A DNA stretch of 64,000 bases from Alphaproteobacteria bacterium. GTDB lineage: Bacteria > Pseudomonadota > Alphaproteobacteria > MPNO01. The notes below the pieces were generated by a model. The model was not told where the DNA came from. It saw only the letters and a list, made by a program, of their open reading frames with translations, and ran no database searches. Made by a program: the position numbers and the translations under genes. Shown here piece by piece: positions 41,194 to 51,254 of the stretch (within the stretch, counting starts at the first letter, position 1; each line of letters begins with the position of its first letter). The DNA lies in the NCBI GenBank assembly GCA_964291675.2, contig OZ219866.1, positions 1,664,001 to 1,728,000 of the forward strand, in the 5' to 3' direction.

Positions 41194-41482
41194 GACCGCG
41201 CGTAGCCCCCTCATGGAGATCAGGCAAGGACCAAAAAACCCGTTCGGCCGGCGGGGAAATGCAGGGACCATATGCAATTTCGACCGGGAAAGGTCAAGCC
41301 CTGAAGGCGCCGGAAGACTTGGCTTGTTGTGCGTGGGCGGGGCGACGCGGGCCGCCAACTCATCGGCAAGCCAGGTCACGGCGCTCCCGGCTGCCGCCGG
41401 TCCGTCGTCGATCCGCGCGCCTCGGCGCCCGGAATTCCTTCGTGACGAGGCGCCTCGCGATCGGATTCCGCAAGACGGCGCT

Positions 41483-43873
41483 TCAGGGTGCTTGCGTGTC
41501 CCTGTCCGGAGAGCTCCGGTCCAGCGCCGTCAACAGCGCCGGCAGGAGAGACAGGTCGGCAATGAGGGCAAACGCAATGATCATCGCCGTCAGGATGCCA
41601 ACCTGCGCAGTGGGAACGAACGGAGAAAAAACCAGTATCAGGAAGCCGGCTACCAGCACGACCGTAGTCGTGAACAGCGCCCGACCGGCCATGTCGAAGG
41701 TGTGCCGCACCGCCTCTTCCCGGCCCAGCCCGTGTTCAAGTCGCGCGCGGCGGTACTTGCTGAGAAAATGGACAGTGTCGTCCACGACGATGCCCACTGT
41801 CATCGCCACCACGACAGATAGCGACAGGCTCACCTGTCCGACGGCCAGGCCCCAGACGCCGAGGCCCAGCACGGCGGGAACCAGATTGGGAACGATGCTT
41901 ATCAGGCCAAGCCGCAGCGATCGAAATGCGAACAGGAGAATGGCGGAAATGGCCAGCAGGACGACTGCCGTTCCCACCATCATGGCACGGATGTTGCGCT
42001 GCCCGATATAGGCGAACATCGCCGCCGGACCGGTGCTGTTGACACCGGCGACATGCGGCGCGTTTTCCCTTAGCCAGTCCGCCGCGCGCGCGTTCAGTTC
42101 GAGCACCTCTTTCGAGGAGAGGGTTTCCGCGGAAACCGACACTCGCGTCGCCGACCTGGATCTGTCGATTTGATTGTTCAGGTCCAGGCCCAGCGGAAGC
42201 GAGAGCTCGTAAAGCAACAAATATTGCGCCGCTAGCTCCTGGCTTTCCGGAATCCTGTAAGCGGCCGGGTCGTCGCCGTGCATGCTCTTGTTGAGTTGCC
42301 GGAAGGTGTCGGTGACGACCGCCACATGGCGTACAGGGGGTTGCTCGCGGTACCAGTCTGCGAAGTTCGCGACTTCGGCGAGGAAGCGGGGATCGGTGAC
42401 ACCGCCCTCGGCAGATGCGTACAGCGAGTATTCGAGGAGGGTGTTGCCGCTCAGGCGCTCGTCCATGAAATCCGTATCCTGGCGAAACTCGACGCTCTTG
42501 TCGAAGAAGTGAACCAGGACGTCATTTAGCTCGTTGCGCGGAATGGCCAGCATCATCGCAGCCACAATCACCAGCCATCCCCACAATAACGCCTTCCTGT
42601 AGCGCAGCACGGTATCCGCCACGACGCTCATCGCGGGGCCGCGGAGCCGTCGGTCGGGTGCGGCACGGACCGGAAGGAGCGAAAGCAGCGCCGGCAGAAA
42701 GGTGACGGAAAGAACGAAGGAGGCGACGATTCCGAGAGCGACGAAGTTTCCGAGATCGCGGTATGGCGGCACTTCGGAAAAGTTCATGCTCAAGAAGCCA
42801 AGCGTCGTCGTGAGGCTCGCAAGAAACACCGGATGCAGGTTGAGACTGACGGACTCCACGATGGCATCGTGCCTGGAAGCCCCGGCACGCAGACTCTGGC
42901 GCAAAGCCACCAGCAGGTGCACGCAGTTCGCGACGACGATCATCAGCACGATGGTCGGTGCCGGCGATACGGGCGGGGAAAAGGGCAGACCGACCCATAC
43001 GCCCAGGCCCACCGACGCGAGAATGGAAAGGACGATCACCATGCCGGTGCCCGCGACCCCCGCCCAGCTCCGGGTGAGAACGCCGAGGATCAGCGCCATG
43101 AGCAGCAGGCTTGCGGGCAGGAAGATCATCTGGCTGCCGATCGAGGCTTCCACGAATGTCTGGTTGACCATGACCGTGCCGACGACGCGAAGGTCCATGT
43201 CGGGAAACCGTTCTTCCGCCTGCGCGGCGACCGACCGGGCGAACTCCGCGACTTCGCCCACGGCTTCCAGCTGGCCCTCCTCCGGCAGTTCGACGGTGAC
43301 GTTCACAACGCTGACATCGCCGTTCAGGGCCAGAACGCTGCCGGCGATGCGCGGGTCCGACAAGGCGATGGCCCGGATTCGCGAGCGCGCTTCGGCGCGG
43401 GTCAGTTCTTGCGGATCGACGAGATCCCGCACATACAAATCGTCGCCGTCGGCGGTCGTGTGCTGGAAATTGGCGAGCGAATCGACACGCCTCGAATAGG
43501 GTGTCTTCCAGGCGGCGTCGGTCAGCCAGAGGGCGGCCGAGAGTGCCTTTTGCGAGGTTGCGTCACCATCGTCCGGAACGATCAGGAACGCGACATTTTC
43601 GTTCTTCCCGTAGGTGTTCTCCAGCGCCTCCAGGGCCAGAAGCTGCGGATTGTCCTCGTCGAAGAAGATGCGGTAGTTGCCGGAGAACTCCAGCATGGCG
43701 ATGCCGCTCGACGCGGCTGCGACCAGGACCAGCGTGGCAACGACGACCGGCCAGCGGAACCGCAGCACCCGTTCGGCGAATCGCGTGGCGAATTGCTGTC
43801 TTGCTATGCCGGGCTCGTCCACGGGATCGGTGCCACTAGTTACGAACTCCCTCGGGGGCGTGCGGTACGCCAT
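41483..43873 (-). CDS. MMPL/RND-family transporter
   Basis: Two repeats of TM, periplasmic loop and 5 TM segments; SLTTTLGFLS, GIVVDDTVHFL. Confidence 0.9.
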   Translation of the reverse strand: MAYRTPPREFVTSGTDPVDEPGIARQQFATRFAERVLRFRWPVVVATLVLVAAASSGIAMLEFSGNYRIFFDEDNPQLLALEALENTYGKNENVAFLIVPDDGDATSQKALSAALWLTDAAWKTPYSRRVDSLANFQHTTADGDDLYVRDLVDPQELTRAEARSRIRAIALSDPRIAGSVLALNGDVSVVNVTVELPEEGQLEAVGEVAEFARSVAAQAEERFPDMDLRVVGTVMVNQTFVEASIGSQMIFLPASLLLMALILGVLTRSWAGVAGTGMVIVLSILASVGLGVWVGLPFSPPVSPAPTIVLMIVVANCVHLLVALRQSLRAGASRHDAIVESVSLNLHPVFLASLTTTLGFLSMNFSEVPPYRDLGNFVALGIVASFVLSVTFLPALLSLLPVRAAPDRRLRGPAMSVVADTVLRYRKALLWGWLVIVAAMMLAIPRNELNDVLVHFFDKSVEFRQDTDFMDERLSGNTLLEYSLYASAEGGVTDPRFLAEVANFADWYREQPPVRHVAVVTDTFRQLNKSMHGDDPAAYRIPESQELAAQYLLLYELSLPLGLDLNNQIDRSRSATRVSVSAETLSSKEVLELNARAADWLRENAPHVAGVNSTGPAAMFAYIGQRNIRAMMVGTAVVLLAISAILLFAFRSLRLGLISIVPNLVPAVLGLGVWGLAVGQVSLSLSVVVAMTVGIVVDDTVHFLSKYRRARLEHGLGREEAVRHTFDMAGRALFTTTVVLVAGFLILVFSPFVPTAQVGILTAMIIAFALIADLSLLPALLTALDRSSPDRDTQAP

Positions 43874-43924
43874 ACTTCATTGCGATCGAGCCTTGTAGCA
43901 ATAGGCGACCATGCCGCCCCGGCG

Positions 43925-45076
43925 CTACCAGAGCCGTTCCGTTGCCAGGCGCGCGCCTTCGGACATCGCCTCGAACTTGGCCCAGATCACCGTCGGGTGG
44001 ACCTCGGTGCGGTAGCAGGCCTGCGACGAAAAGCCGCAATCGCCGCCGGCGAGCACGTTCTCCCTTCCGACGCGCTCGGCATAGCGCACCAGCCGCTGGG
44101 CGATCAGCTCCGGGTGTTCGACGATGTTGCTGGCATGGGTGATGACGCCCGGGATCAGCGCCTTGCCGTCGGCCAGCTCGATGTCTTCCCAGATGCGATA
44201 CTCGTGCTCGTGCCGCGCATTCGCCGCCTCGAACGAGTAGCTGCCCGCGTCGATGTCGAGCATGTAGCGGCACACCTCGTCCATCGGCGCCTCGTGGATC
44301 CTCGGCCCCTCGTTGATGCCGTAGCAGGTGTGATAGCGGATGCGGTCTTCCGGGATGCCGCGCAGCGCGTGGTTGAGCGCCTCGACATAGAGCCGGCACT
44401 TGCGGTCCTTGCCCGAATCGTCGAGCGCGGGATCGACCAGGATGTCGCAGAGGAACGGATCGTCGATCTGCAAGAGGAAGCCGGCGTCCACGATGGCGAG
44501 GTACTCGGTTCTCATCGCCTCGGCCACCGCCGCCGCGTATTCCTCCTCGGTCGCGTAGTAGGCGTTGTAGCCGACGCCGGCGGGCGAGACCGCGGGCACG
44601 AAGGCGTCGTGGCAAGAAACGTCCGAGAGCGCCGCCCTGAGATTGTCGAGGTCGCGCGCCAGCGCCGCCTCGCCCTTGTAGGAGACCGGGCCGACGCAAT
44701 ACATCGGCGCCATCTTGACGATCGCACCGCCCATCATCACCCGCGCGAAGTATTCGGCGTAGTATTCCGGGAACGCCGCGGTCTCGGCCGCGAACAGGTT
44801 GTACTTCTCGTCCCGCCGCGGCTCGAAGCCTTCGATCCGCTCCTCGACATAGGCGAAGAAGCCGGTCTTCGACATCTCGCCGTCGGCGACGACGTCGATG
44901 CCGAGATCCGCCTGGCGCTTGACGATGTCGGCCACGCCTTCGCGGATCTTCCCCTGATAGTCGTCCTCGTCGTAGGGCTCGCCCTCGTGCTTGGCCTTCA
45001 TCGCATCCAGCACCTCGACGGTGCGCGGCAGGCTGCCGACATGGGTGGTCAGAATCCGGTCCTCGTGTCCCTGCAT
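43925..45076 (-). CDS. Cobalamin-independent methionine synthase II family (single barrel; epoxyalkane:CoM transferase-like)
   Basis: TTHVGSLPR, DGEMSK, LQIDDP, YHTCYG, FEAAN, DCGFSS zinc ligands. Confidence 0.88.
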   Translation of the reverse strand: MQGHEDRILTTHVGSLPRTVEVLDAMKAKHEGEPYDEDDYQGKIREGVADIVKRQADLGIDVVADGEMSKTGFFAYVEERIEGFEPRRDEKYNLFAAETAAFPEYYAEYFARVMMGGAIVKMAPMYCVGPVSYKGEAALARDLDNLRAALSDVSCHDAFVPAVSPAGVGYNAYYATEEEYAAAVAEAMRTEYLAIVDAGFLLQIDDPFLCDILVDPALDDSGKDRKCRLYVEALNHALRGIPEDRIRYHTCYGINEGPRIHEAPMDEVCRYMLDIDAGSYSFEAANARHEHEYRIWEDIELADGKALIPGVITHASNIVEHPELIAQRLVRYAERVGRENVLAGGDCGFSSQACYRTEVHPTVIWAKFEAMSEGARLATERLW

Positions 45077-45155
45077 GGCGTGCCCCCTCCGGCGCCGTTC
45101 GTCGAGCGGATTGTATGCGGAAACCGGCGCGGCGGGACACCTGTTGCGGCTTCGC

Positions 45156-46085
45156 TCAGGCGAGCTCGTCGGGCTTCGTCCTGCGCGAGGACACGGTGAC
45201 GCCGCCGACGATCAGCGCCGCGCCGATCAGGTGGTAGGCATTCAGCGTCTCGCCGAGAAACGGGACGCCGATCGCGGCGGAGAAGACCGGTACCAGGTAC
45301 ATGTAGAACCCGGCGCGCGACGGCCCGAGCCGCGCGATCGCGATGTTCCAGCCAAGGATCGCCACCACCGAGGGGAAGATGGCGACGAAGACCAGCGACA
45401 CCAGGGCCGTGGTGCTGGCCGGGGGAAGCCCCTCCTGGATCACCTCGGCGACGAAGAACGGGACGTGGAACAGCGCGCCCAGCGCGCAGACCATCGTCAG
45501 CAGGGTCAGGGTATGGATCTCGCGCGGCATCAGCCGCGCCGCCACGCCGTAGCCGGCGAGGCACAGATTGCACAGCAGCAGCACCGCGTCGCCGCGGTTG
45601 AAGTCGAGGCCCAGCAGCACCGCCGGATCGCCGCGCGCAACCATGTAGAGCAGCCCGACGATGGCAAGCACGACACCGAAGACCTGCCGCCCGGTGGTGC
45701 GGTCGCCGAGCACGATCCAGGCCAGCAGCAGGATCAGCACGGGCAGCGAGGTCTGGATCACCCCGCCATTGATCGCCGTGGTGTAGTTGAGCGCGACATA
45801 GGTGATGCCCGCGCCCATCAGCGGCATCAGGAAGCCGAGCAGGCAAAGCAGCTTCCAATGGCGCTGCAGCAAGACCCGGTCGCGCCGGATCAGGTGCCAT
45901 GCGAAGGGCAGCAGGACCAGCGCGCCCACCGTCCAGCGGGTGAACCCCAGCGTATAGGGCGCGACCTCGCCCGCCGCCCATCGTCCGATGACGTAGTTGA
46001 GCGCGAAGATCAGCGCCGACTGCGCCATCAGCACATGGGCGATGCCGTCGCCGGCGAGGAACGAGGCCTTGGGGCGGCCGGTCAC
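45156..46085 (-). CDS. DMT/EamA family transporter
   Basis: About 10 TM segments, ALNYTTAING, LGPSRAG..YLVPVF. Confidence 0.88.
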   Translation of the reverse strand: MTGRPKASFLAGDGIAHVLMAQSALIFALNYVIGRWAAGEVAPYTLGFTRWTVGALVLLPFAWHLIRRDRVLLQRHWKLLCLLGFLMPLMGAGITYVALNYTTAINGGVIQTSLPVLILLLAWIVLGDRTTGRQVFGVVLAIVGLLYMVARGDPAVLLGLDFNRGDAVLLLCNLCLAGYGVAARLMPREIHTLTLLTMVCALGALFHVPFFVAEVIQEGLPPASTTALVSLVFVAIFPSVVAILGWNIAIARLGPSRAGFYMYLVPVFSAAIGVPFLGETLNAYHLIGAALIVGGVTVSSRRTKPDELA

Positions 46086-47311
46086 GCGGGTTGCAGCGCC
46101 GGTTCTCTCCCCCGGTCCTCCGGCACGAACAGCGCCAGGCAGCCCGCCAGCGCGACCGCCAGGGCGGCGACGATCCAGAGCTCGTCATAGCGCGCCCAGA
46201 ACGAATAGAACGCGCCGCCGAGATAGGCGCCGATCGCCGCGCCCAGCCAGTGGCCGCCGAAGATCAGCCCCATGGCGAGGCCGATCACGCCCACCCCCAT
46301 GCGGCTCGCGATGATGTGGGCGATCACCGGCATTGCGGCGAAGTTGAGGAACCCGTAGAGCGCGGCGAAGACGAAGAGCAGCGGCAGGCTGCCCGCGATC
46401 TGGGTCAGCAGCACGAACAACAGGACGCGGACGAAATAGACCGAGGCGAGCAGGCGCGGCCGGTGCAGGCGATCGGACAGGAAGCCGAACAGGACCACGC
46501 CGATCATGTTGAACCCGCCATGAACGCCGTAAGCCGTCGCCCCCTCGATCGGCGCGAAGCCGCAGAACTCCGCATAGGGCAGAAGATGCACCTCGATCAC
46601 GCCGGCGGTCGAGAAGCCGCATATCAGGAAGCCGATGGCGAGCAGCCAGAACGTCCCGCTCGACAGGACGTAGCGCAGCCGCTCGCCGATCGGCGCGAGC
46701 GCCTGTCCGGCCGATTCCTCGGCGATTTCGGGGGAGCGGCGCAGCGCCAGCCAGGCGATCGCCGCGATGGCCAGCGTCAACGCCCCGAGCGCGGTATAGG
46801 TGCCGCGCCAGCCGAGCGCGGTGACCATGACGCCCAGGACCGGCAGGGCGACGAGCTGGCCCCCGGTGGCGCCCGAAAACCCGATCCCGCTCGCCAGCCC
46901 GCGCCCGTGGACGAAATACCGGGCGACGGCGGCGGACACCATCGGCATCGCGATCGCGCCCGAGCCGATCCCGATGAGCCCGCCATAGAAGGCGATCAAC
47001 TGCCAATCCTCGGTCGCCGCCGAGGTCGCGAGGATGCCGACGCCGACGAACAGGAGGCCGCCGGCGCAGACGGTTCTGGGACCGAAGCGGTCGATCAGAT
47101 TGCCGGCGAAAGGCGAGACGATCGCCATCAGGAAGAGCGCCAGCGCGCCGGCGTTCGAGGCCAGATCGCGCGGCCATCCGGGCTCGACCTCCCAGAAGGT
47201 CATCATCAGCCCGATCGAGCTGCGCGTCGAATAGACCGCCATCAGCGCCGCGAAGCAGATCGCGACGACCAGCCAGCCGAACGGGTTGCCGCGGAGCGAG
47301 CCCGAGATCAC
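46082..47311 (-). CDS. MFS transporter
   Basis: About 12 TM segments, motif A GNLIDRFGPR, GFLSDRLHR. Confidence 0.9.
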   Translation of the reverse strand: MISGSLRGNPFGWLVVAICFAALMAVYSTRSSIGLMMTFWEVEPGWPRDLASNAGALALFLMAIVSPFAGNLIDRFGPRTVCAGGLLFVGVGILATSAATEDWQLIAFYGGLIGIGSGAIAMPMVSAAVARYFVHGRGLASGIGFSGATGGQLVALPVLGVMVTALGWRGTYTALGALTLAIAAIAWLALRRSPEIAEESAGQALAPIGERLRYVLSSGTFWLLAIGFLICGFSTAGVIEVHLLPYAEFCGFAPIEGATAYGVHGGFNMIGVVLFGFLSDRLHRPRLLASVYFVRVLLFVLLTQIAGSLPLLFVFAALYGFLNFAAMPVIAHIIASRMGVGVIGLAMGLIFGGHWLGAAIGAYLGGAFYSFWARYDELWIVAALAVALAGCLALFVPEDRGREPALQPA

Positions 47312-47351
47312 GCGGGAACCCTCGCCCGCGCGCCCGGACGGCGCTCCGTCC

Positions 47352-48032
47352 CTACATCGATTGGAAACACCTCAGCACCGACGCGCGCGACGCCGTCGCC
47401 GCGGCGGCCTGGTAGCCTTCCTTGTAGGGCATGGCGAAGTTGTGGGTCGCACCCTCGTGGACGACGATCTCGGCGTTGCCGTGACCGCTATAGGCCTGCC
47501 GGATGGCGGCCACCTCGTCCATCGGGACCACCGGGTCATCGTCGCCGAAATGGAAGCTGACCGGGCAGGAGATGCGCGGCGTCTCGTCGAGCGCCTCGCC
47601 GATCCTTGTGCCGTGGAAGGAGCCGGCGGCATCGATCCCCAGACGCGCCGCCCCGAGATGGGCGTAGAGCCCGCCGAAGCAGAAGCCGAGCATCGCCACC
47701 TTGCCGTTGCATTGCGGGCGCGCCTTCAGATCCCCGATCAGGTCCTCGATATCGAGCATGCCCTGGTCCCGGTCGAACGCGTCGTAGCGCGCGAAGGCCT
47801 TTTCCATGTCCGCGGTCGGGCCCGGCATCACCCGCCAGAAGATGTCCGGTACGGAGACCAGGAACCCGTCTTTCGCCCAGGCGTCGGAAAGCTCCTTCAT
47901 CTCGTCGTCGATCCCGAAGATCGCGGTGATCAGCAGCAGGCCGGGCGCCTGGCCGCTGCCGCCGGGTTCGGCGAGGTAACCGTCGAACGCCTCGCCGTTG
48001 CGGGTGGAGTAGGTGATGTCCTTGCCTGGCAT
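47352..48032 (-). CDS. Dienelactone hydrolase family protein
   Basis: GFCFGG nucleophile elbow, HFGDDDPVVP, HEGATHNF; RBS upstream of ATG 48032. Confidence 0.9.
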   Translation of the reverse strand: MPGKDITYSTRNGEAFDGYLAEPGGSGQAPGLLLITAIFGIDDEMKELSDAWAKDGFLVSVPDIFWRVMPGPTADMEKAFARYDAFDRDQGMLDIEDLIGDLKARPQCNGKVAMLGFCFGGLYAHLGAARLGIDAAGSFHGTRIGEALDETPRISCPVSFHFGDDDPVVPMDEVAAIRQAYSGHGNAEIVVHEGATHNFAMPYKEGYQAAAATASRASVLRCFQSM

Positions 48033-48066
48033 GTCGCTCTCCCTTTGCCGGCGCCGGCCGCCGCTT

Positions 48067-49344
48067 CTAGCCGTCCTCCGCCAGGCGGATGCCGGTGAAC
48101 GGCCAGCGTTGATGGGGGTAGAAGAAATTGCGGTAGGTGGCGCGGATGTGTCCCGGCGGGGTCGCGCAGCAGCCCCCGCGCAGCACCATCTGGCTCGACA
48201 TGAATTTGCCGTTGTACTCGCCGACAGCGCCGGGCGAGGTGCGGAAGCCGGGATAGGCGACATAGGGGCTGGCCGTCCACTCCCACACGTCGCCGATCAT
48301 CTGGCGGGGACCGGAATGGCCGTTCGCCGGGGCGGCCGCCGGATGCAGCCGGTCCGCCGCCAGCAGATTGGCGTTCTCCTCCTCGACCGCGGGTGCTGCG
48401 GCCTCCCATTCGGCTTCCGTCGGCAGGCGCTTGCCGGCCCAGGCGGCGTAGGCCGCCGCCTCGTAGTGGCTGACATGGCAGACCGGCGCAGCGTCGTCGA
48501 GCGGCACTTCGCCGGCGAGGCTGAACTCCGACCATTCGCCGTCGGTTCCGCTCCAGTAGAGCGGCGCCTCCCACCCCTCGGCCTGGACCGTCGCCCAGCC
48601 GTCGGCGAACCACAGCAGCGGGTCGCGGTAACCGCCGTCCTCGATGAAGGCGCGGTACTCGCCGTTGGTCGCCGCGCGGTCGGCGAGACGGAAATCCTCC
48701 AGCACGACGCGATGGCGCGGCCGCTCGTTGTCGAAGGCGAAGCCGGCCCCGTCATCGCCGATGCGGCCGAGCCCGCCCTCGTACTCCGTCCAGCCCGCCG
48801 CCGCCGCCGGCTCGGTCTCGCGCGCATTGCGCGGCCGATAGGCGGGGCGCAGCGGGTTGCGCGAGAGGACATGCTTGATGTCCATCAGCAACAGCTCCTG
48901 GTGCTGCTGCTCGTGATGCAGCCCGAGCTCGGTCAACCCGGCGGGCTCGGCCCAGGCCCGGTCGGGAAGGGCGGCGAACAGCCGGTCCACGGCTTCGTCG
49001 ACATGGGCGCGATAGGCCATCACGTCGGCGAGCGGCGGCCGGGACAACACCCCCCGGTCGGGGCGCGGGTGTCGTGCCCCGACGGCCTCGTAATAGGAAT
49101 TGAAGAGGTATCCGAAAGCCGGATCGAACGGGGCATAGCCCGGCAGGTGGGGCGCGAGGACGAAGGTCTCGAAGAACCATGTCACATGGGCGAGATGCCA
49201 CTTCGTCGGGCTGACATCGGGCATCGACTGTACTTGCTGGTCCTCGGGCGACAGCGGCGCGGCGAGCGCCTCGGTCAGCGCCCGGACTTCGGTGTATCGT
49301 CGCGCCAGACGGGCGCGCGAGGCTTCACGGTCAACGGCACGCAC
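48067..49344 (-). CDS. egtB: Ergothioneine biosynthesis sulfoxide synthase
   Basis: QSMPDVSPTKWHLAH, FNSYY, HHEQQHQE, FGE-like domain, GEYNGKFM, YRNFF. Confidence 0.93.
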   Translation of the reverse strand: MRAVDREASRARLARRYTEVRALTEALAAPLSPEDQQVQSMPDVSPTKWHLAHVTWFFETFVLAPHLPGYAPFDPAFGYLFNSYYEAVGARHPRPDRGVLSRPPLADVMAYRAHVDEAVDRLFAALPDRAWAEPAGLTELGLHHEQQHQELLLMDIKHVLSRNPLRPAYRPRNARETEPAAAAGWTEYEGGLGRIGDDGAGFAFDNERPRHRVVLEDFRLADRAATNGEYRAFIEDGGYRDPLLWFADGWATVQAEGWEAPLYWSGTDGEWSEFSLAGEVPLDDAAPVCHVSHYEAAAYAAWAGKRLPTEAEWEAAAPAVEEENANLLAADRLHPAAAPANGHSGPRQMIGDVWEWTASPYVAYPGFRTSPGAVGEYNGKFMSSQMVLRGGCCATPPGHIRATYRNFFYPHQRWPFTGIRLAEDG

Positions 49345-49430
49345 GGAAAGACGCTTCCCCCACCCGCGCAATTCGCGGCGGAGGCTAGCGCATTACGTCG
49401 GTCGACGAAACCGCGCCCGCCGCCGAGCGG

Positions 49431-50168
49431 TCAGGCGGTCGTATCGGTGTCCGCCGGCGGCGTCTCCGGGACCGGCTCGGGCGCCTCCGGCAGCGCCCTG
49501 GCGATCCCGACCCGGGCGGCCCGCAAGAGACGACCGTTCAGCACGTAGCCGGTCTCGAAGACCTGGACCACCGTGCCGGGCTCGGCATCGGCGGTCGGGA
49601 CCTCGAACATCGCCTCGTGCAGGTTGTGGTCGAATTTCTCTCCGGCCGGATCGATCCGCTCGATGCCGTGCCGCTCGAATATCGTGGCCAGCTCGCGCTC
49701 GGTGAGCTCTATTCCGCCGACCAGCGAACCCAGCGCCTCGTTCTCCCCGGGATCCCCGGGCACGGATTCCAGCGCGCGGCGCAGATTGTCGGCCACCGGC
49801 AGAACGTCGCGTGCGAATGACGAGATGGCGAACCTGGCGGTTTCCTCGCGCTCGCGCTTGCCGCGCCGCCGGAGGTTTTCGTTTTCCGCCAGCGCGCGCA
49901 GGAGCCGGTCGTTCGCCTCGGCGAGCTCGGCTTCGTAGTCCCGCTCTTCCGGCTGCCGGTCGGCCGCCGCGTCGTCCCCGGCAGGTTTGCCGGCCCACGG
50001 CGAGGAGCCATCCGGCGCGACGGCCTCCCCGGCCTCTTCCGACTCTTCCGGCTCGACGGCCTCGCCCGTCTCTACCGGCTCGGCGGCCCGTTCGGTCGCT
50101 TCCGGCTTCGCTTCGGGCTCGCCCGGAGCCTCCGTCGAATTCGCGCCCTGCTTGTCGGTCTCACTCAT
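49431..50168 (-). CDS. grpE: Nucleotide exchange factor GrpE
   Basis: LRALAENENLRRR, FDHNLHEAM, GYVLNGRLLRAARV. Confidence 0.96.
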   Translation of the reverse strand: MSETDKQGANSTEAPGEPEAKPEATERAAEPVETGEAVEPEESEEAGEAVAPDGSSPWAGKPAGDDAAADRQPEERDYEAELAEANDRLLRALAENENLRRRGKREREETARFAISSFARDVLPVADNLRRALESVPGDPGENEALGSLVGGIELTERELATIFERHGIERIDPAGEKFDHNLHEAMFEVPTADAEPGTVVQVFETGYVLNGRLLRAARVGIARALPEAPEPVPETPPADTDTTA

Positions 50169-50171
50169 GGG

Positions 50172-51254
50172 TCAGGCCTCGATCTCCGCGCCGGTGCTGC
50201 CGCCGACGAGCCGGCCCACCACCTTGGCCGTGTAGTCGACGATGGGGATTATCCGCGCATAGTTGATCCGCGTCGGCCCGATGACGCCGATGGCGCCGAC
50301 GACGCTACGCGCATTGTCGCTGATGGGGGCGACCACGAGGGAGCATCCGGTCATGTCGAACAGGGTGTTCTCCGAGCCGATGAAGATCTGCACCCCTTCG
50401 CCGTTCCTGGTCAGGTCGAGCAGCCGGAGCACCAGCTCCTGGGTCTCGAGCGCCTCGTAGAGGGTGCGCACCCGCTCGAGGTCGCTGAGGGCCGCGATGT
50501 CGTCGAGGAGATGGGCCTGCCCCTTGACGATCAGCGCGCCGGCATTTCGCTCCCCCACCCAGGTCGCGAGCCCGGCCTCGACCAGCCTGGCGGTGACGGA
50601 ATCGATCTGCGCCCGTCTGCCCTCGATCTCCCTGGTGATGTCGGCGAGTGCGGCCTCCACCGTGCGGCCGACCAGGCGGGTGTTGAGATAATTGCCGGCC
50701 GCGACCAGCGCAGACGGCGGGGTGCCGACCGGCAGGTCGATCAGCCGGTTCTCGACGATGCCGTCGGCATTGATCAGGACCACGAGCGCGCGGCCGTCGC
50801 CGAGATTGACGAACTCGACATGCTTCAGCGGTCGGTCCGTCTTGGGCGCGGCGACCAGCCCGGCGCAGCCCGCCAGCCCGGACATCACCGCCGTCGCCTC
50901 GTTCAGCATCTGGGTCAGGTTGGTGCCCTGCCCGGCGCACTGGCTTTCGATTGCGACCCGATCGTCGTCGGAGATCTCGCCGACTTGCAGCAGCCCGTCG
51001 ACGAACAGCCTCAGCCCGGCCTCGCTCGGCAACCGCCCGGCGGAGCTGTGCGGCGAATGCAGCAGCCCCATGTCCTCCAGATCCGCCATGACATTGCGGA
51101 TCGTCGCCGGCGAGAGAGGCAGCGGCAGGCGGCGCGACAGGGTTCGCGACCCGACCGGCTCGCCGGTCTGAACGAAGGTCTCGACGATCTCGCGAAAGAT
51201 CTCCCGCGACCTTTCATTGAGTTCGCCGACAATGCTGGACGGTGCGCTCTGCAT
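50172..51254 (-). CDS. hrcA: Heat-inducible transcription repressor
   Basis: [39 protein letters not shown]. Confidence 0.96.
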   Translation of the reverse strand: MQSAPSSIVGELNERSREIFREIVETFVQTGEPVGSRTLSRRLPLPLSPATIRNVMADLEDMGLLHSPHSSAGRLPSEAGLRLFVDGLLQVGEISDDDRVAIESQCAGQGTNLTQMLNEATAVMSGLAGCAGLVAAPKTDRPLKHVEFVNLGDGRALVVLINADGIVENRLIDLPVGTPPSALVAAGNYLNTRLVGRTVEAALADITREIEGRRAQIDSVTARLVEAGLATWVGERNAGALIVKGQAHLLDDIAALSDLERVRTLYEALETQELVLRLLDLTRNGEGVQIFIGSENTLFDMTGCSLVVAPISDNARSVVGAIGVIGPTRINYARIIPIVDYTAKVVGRLVGGSTGAEIEA

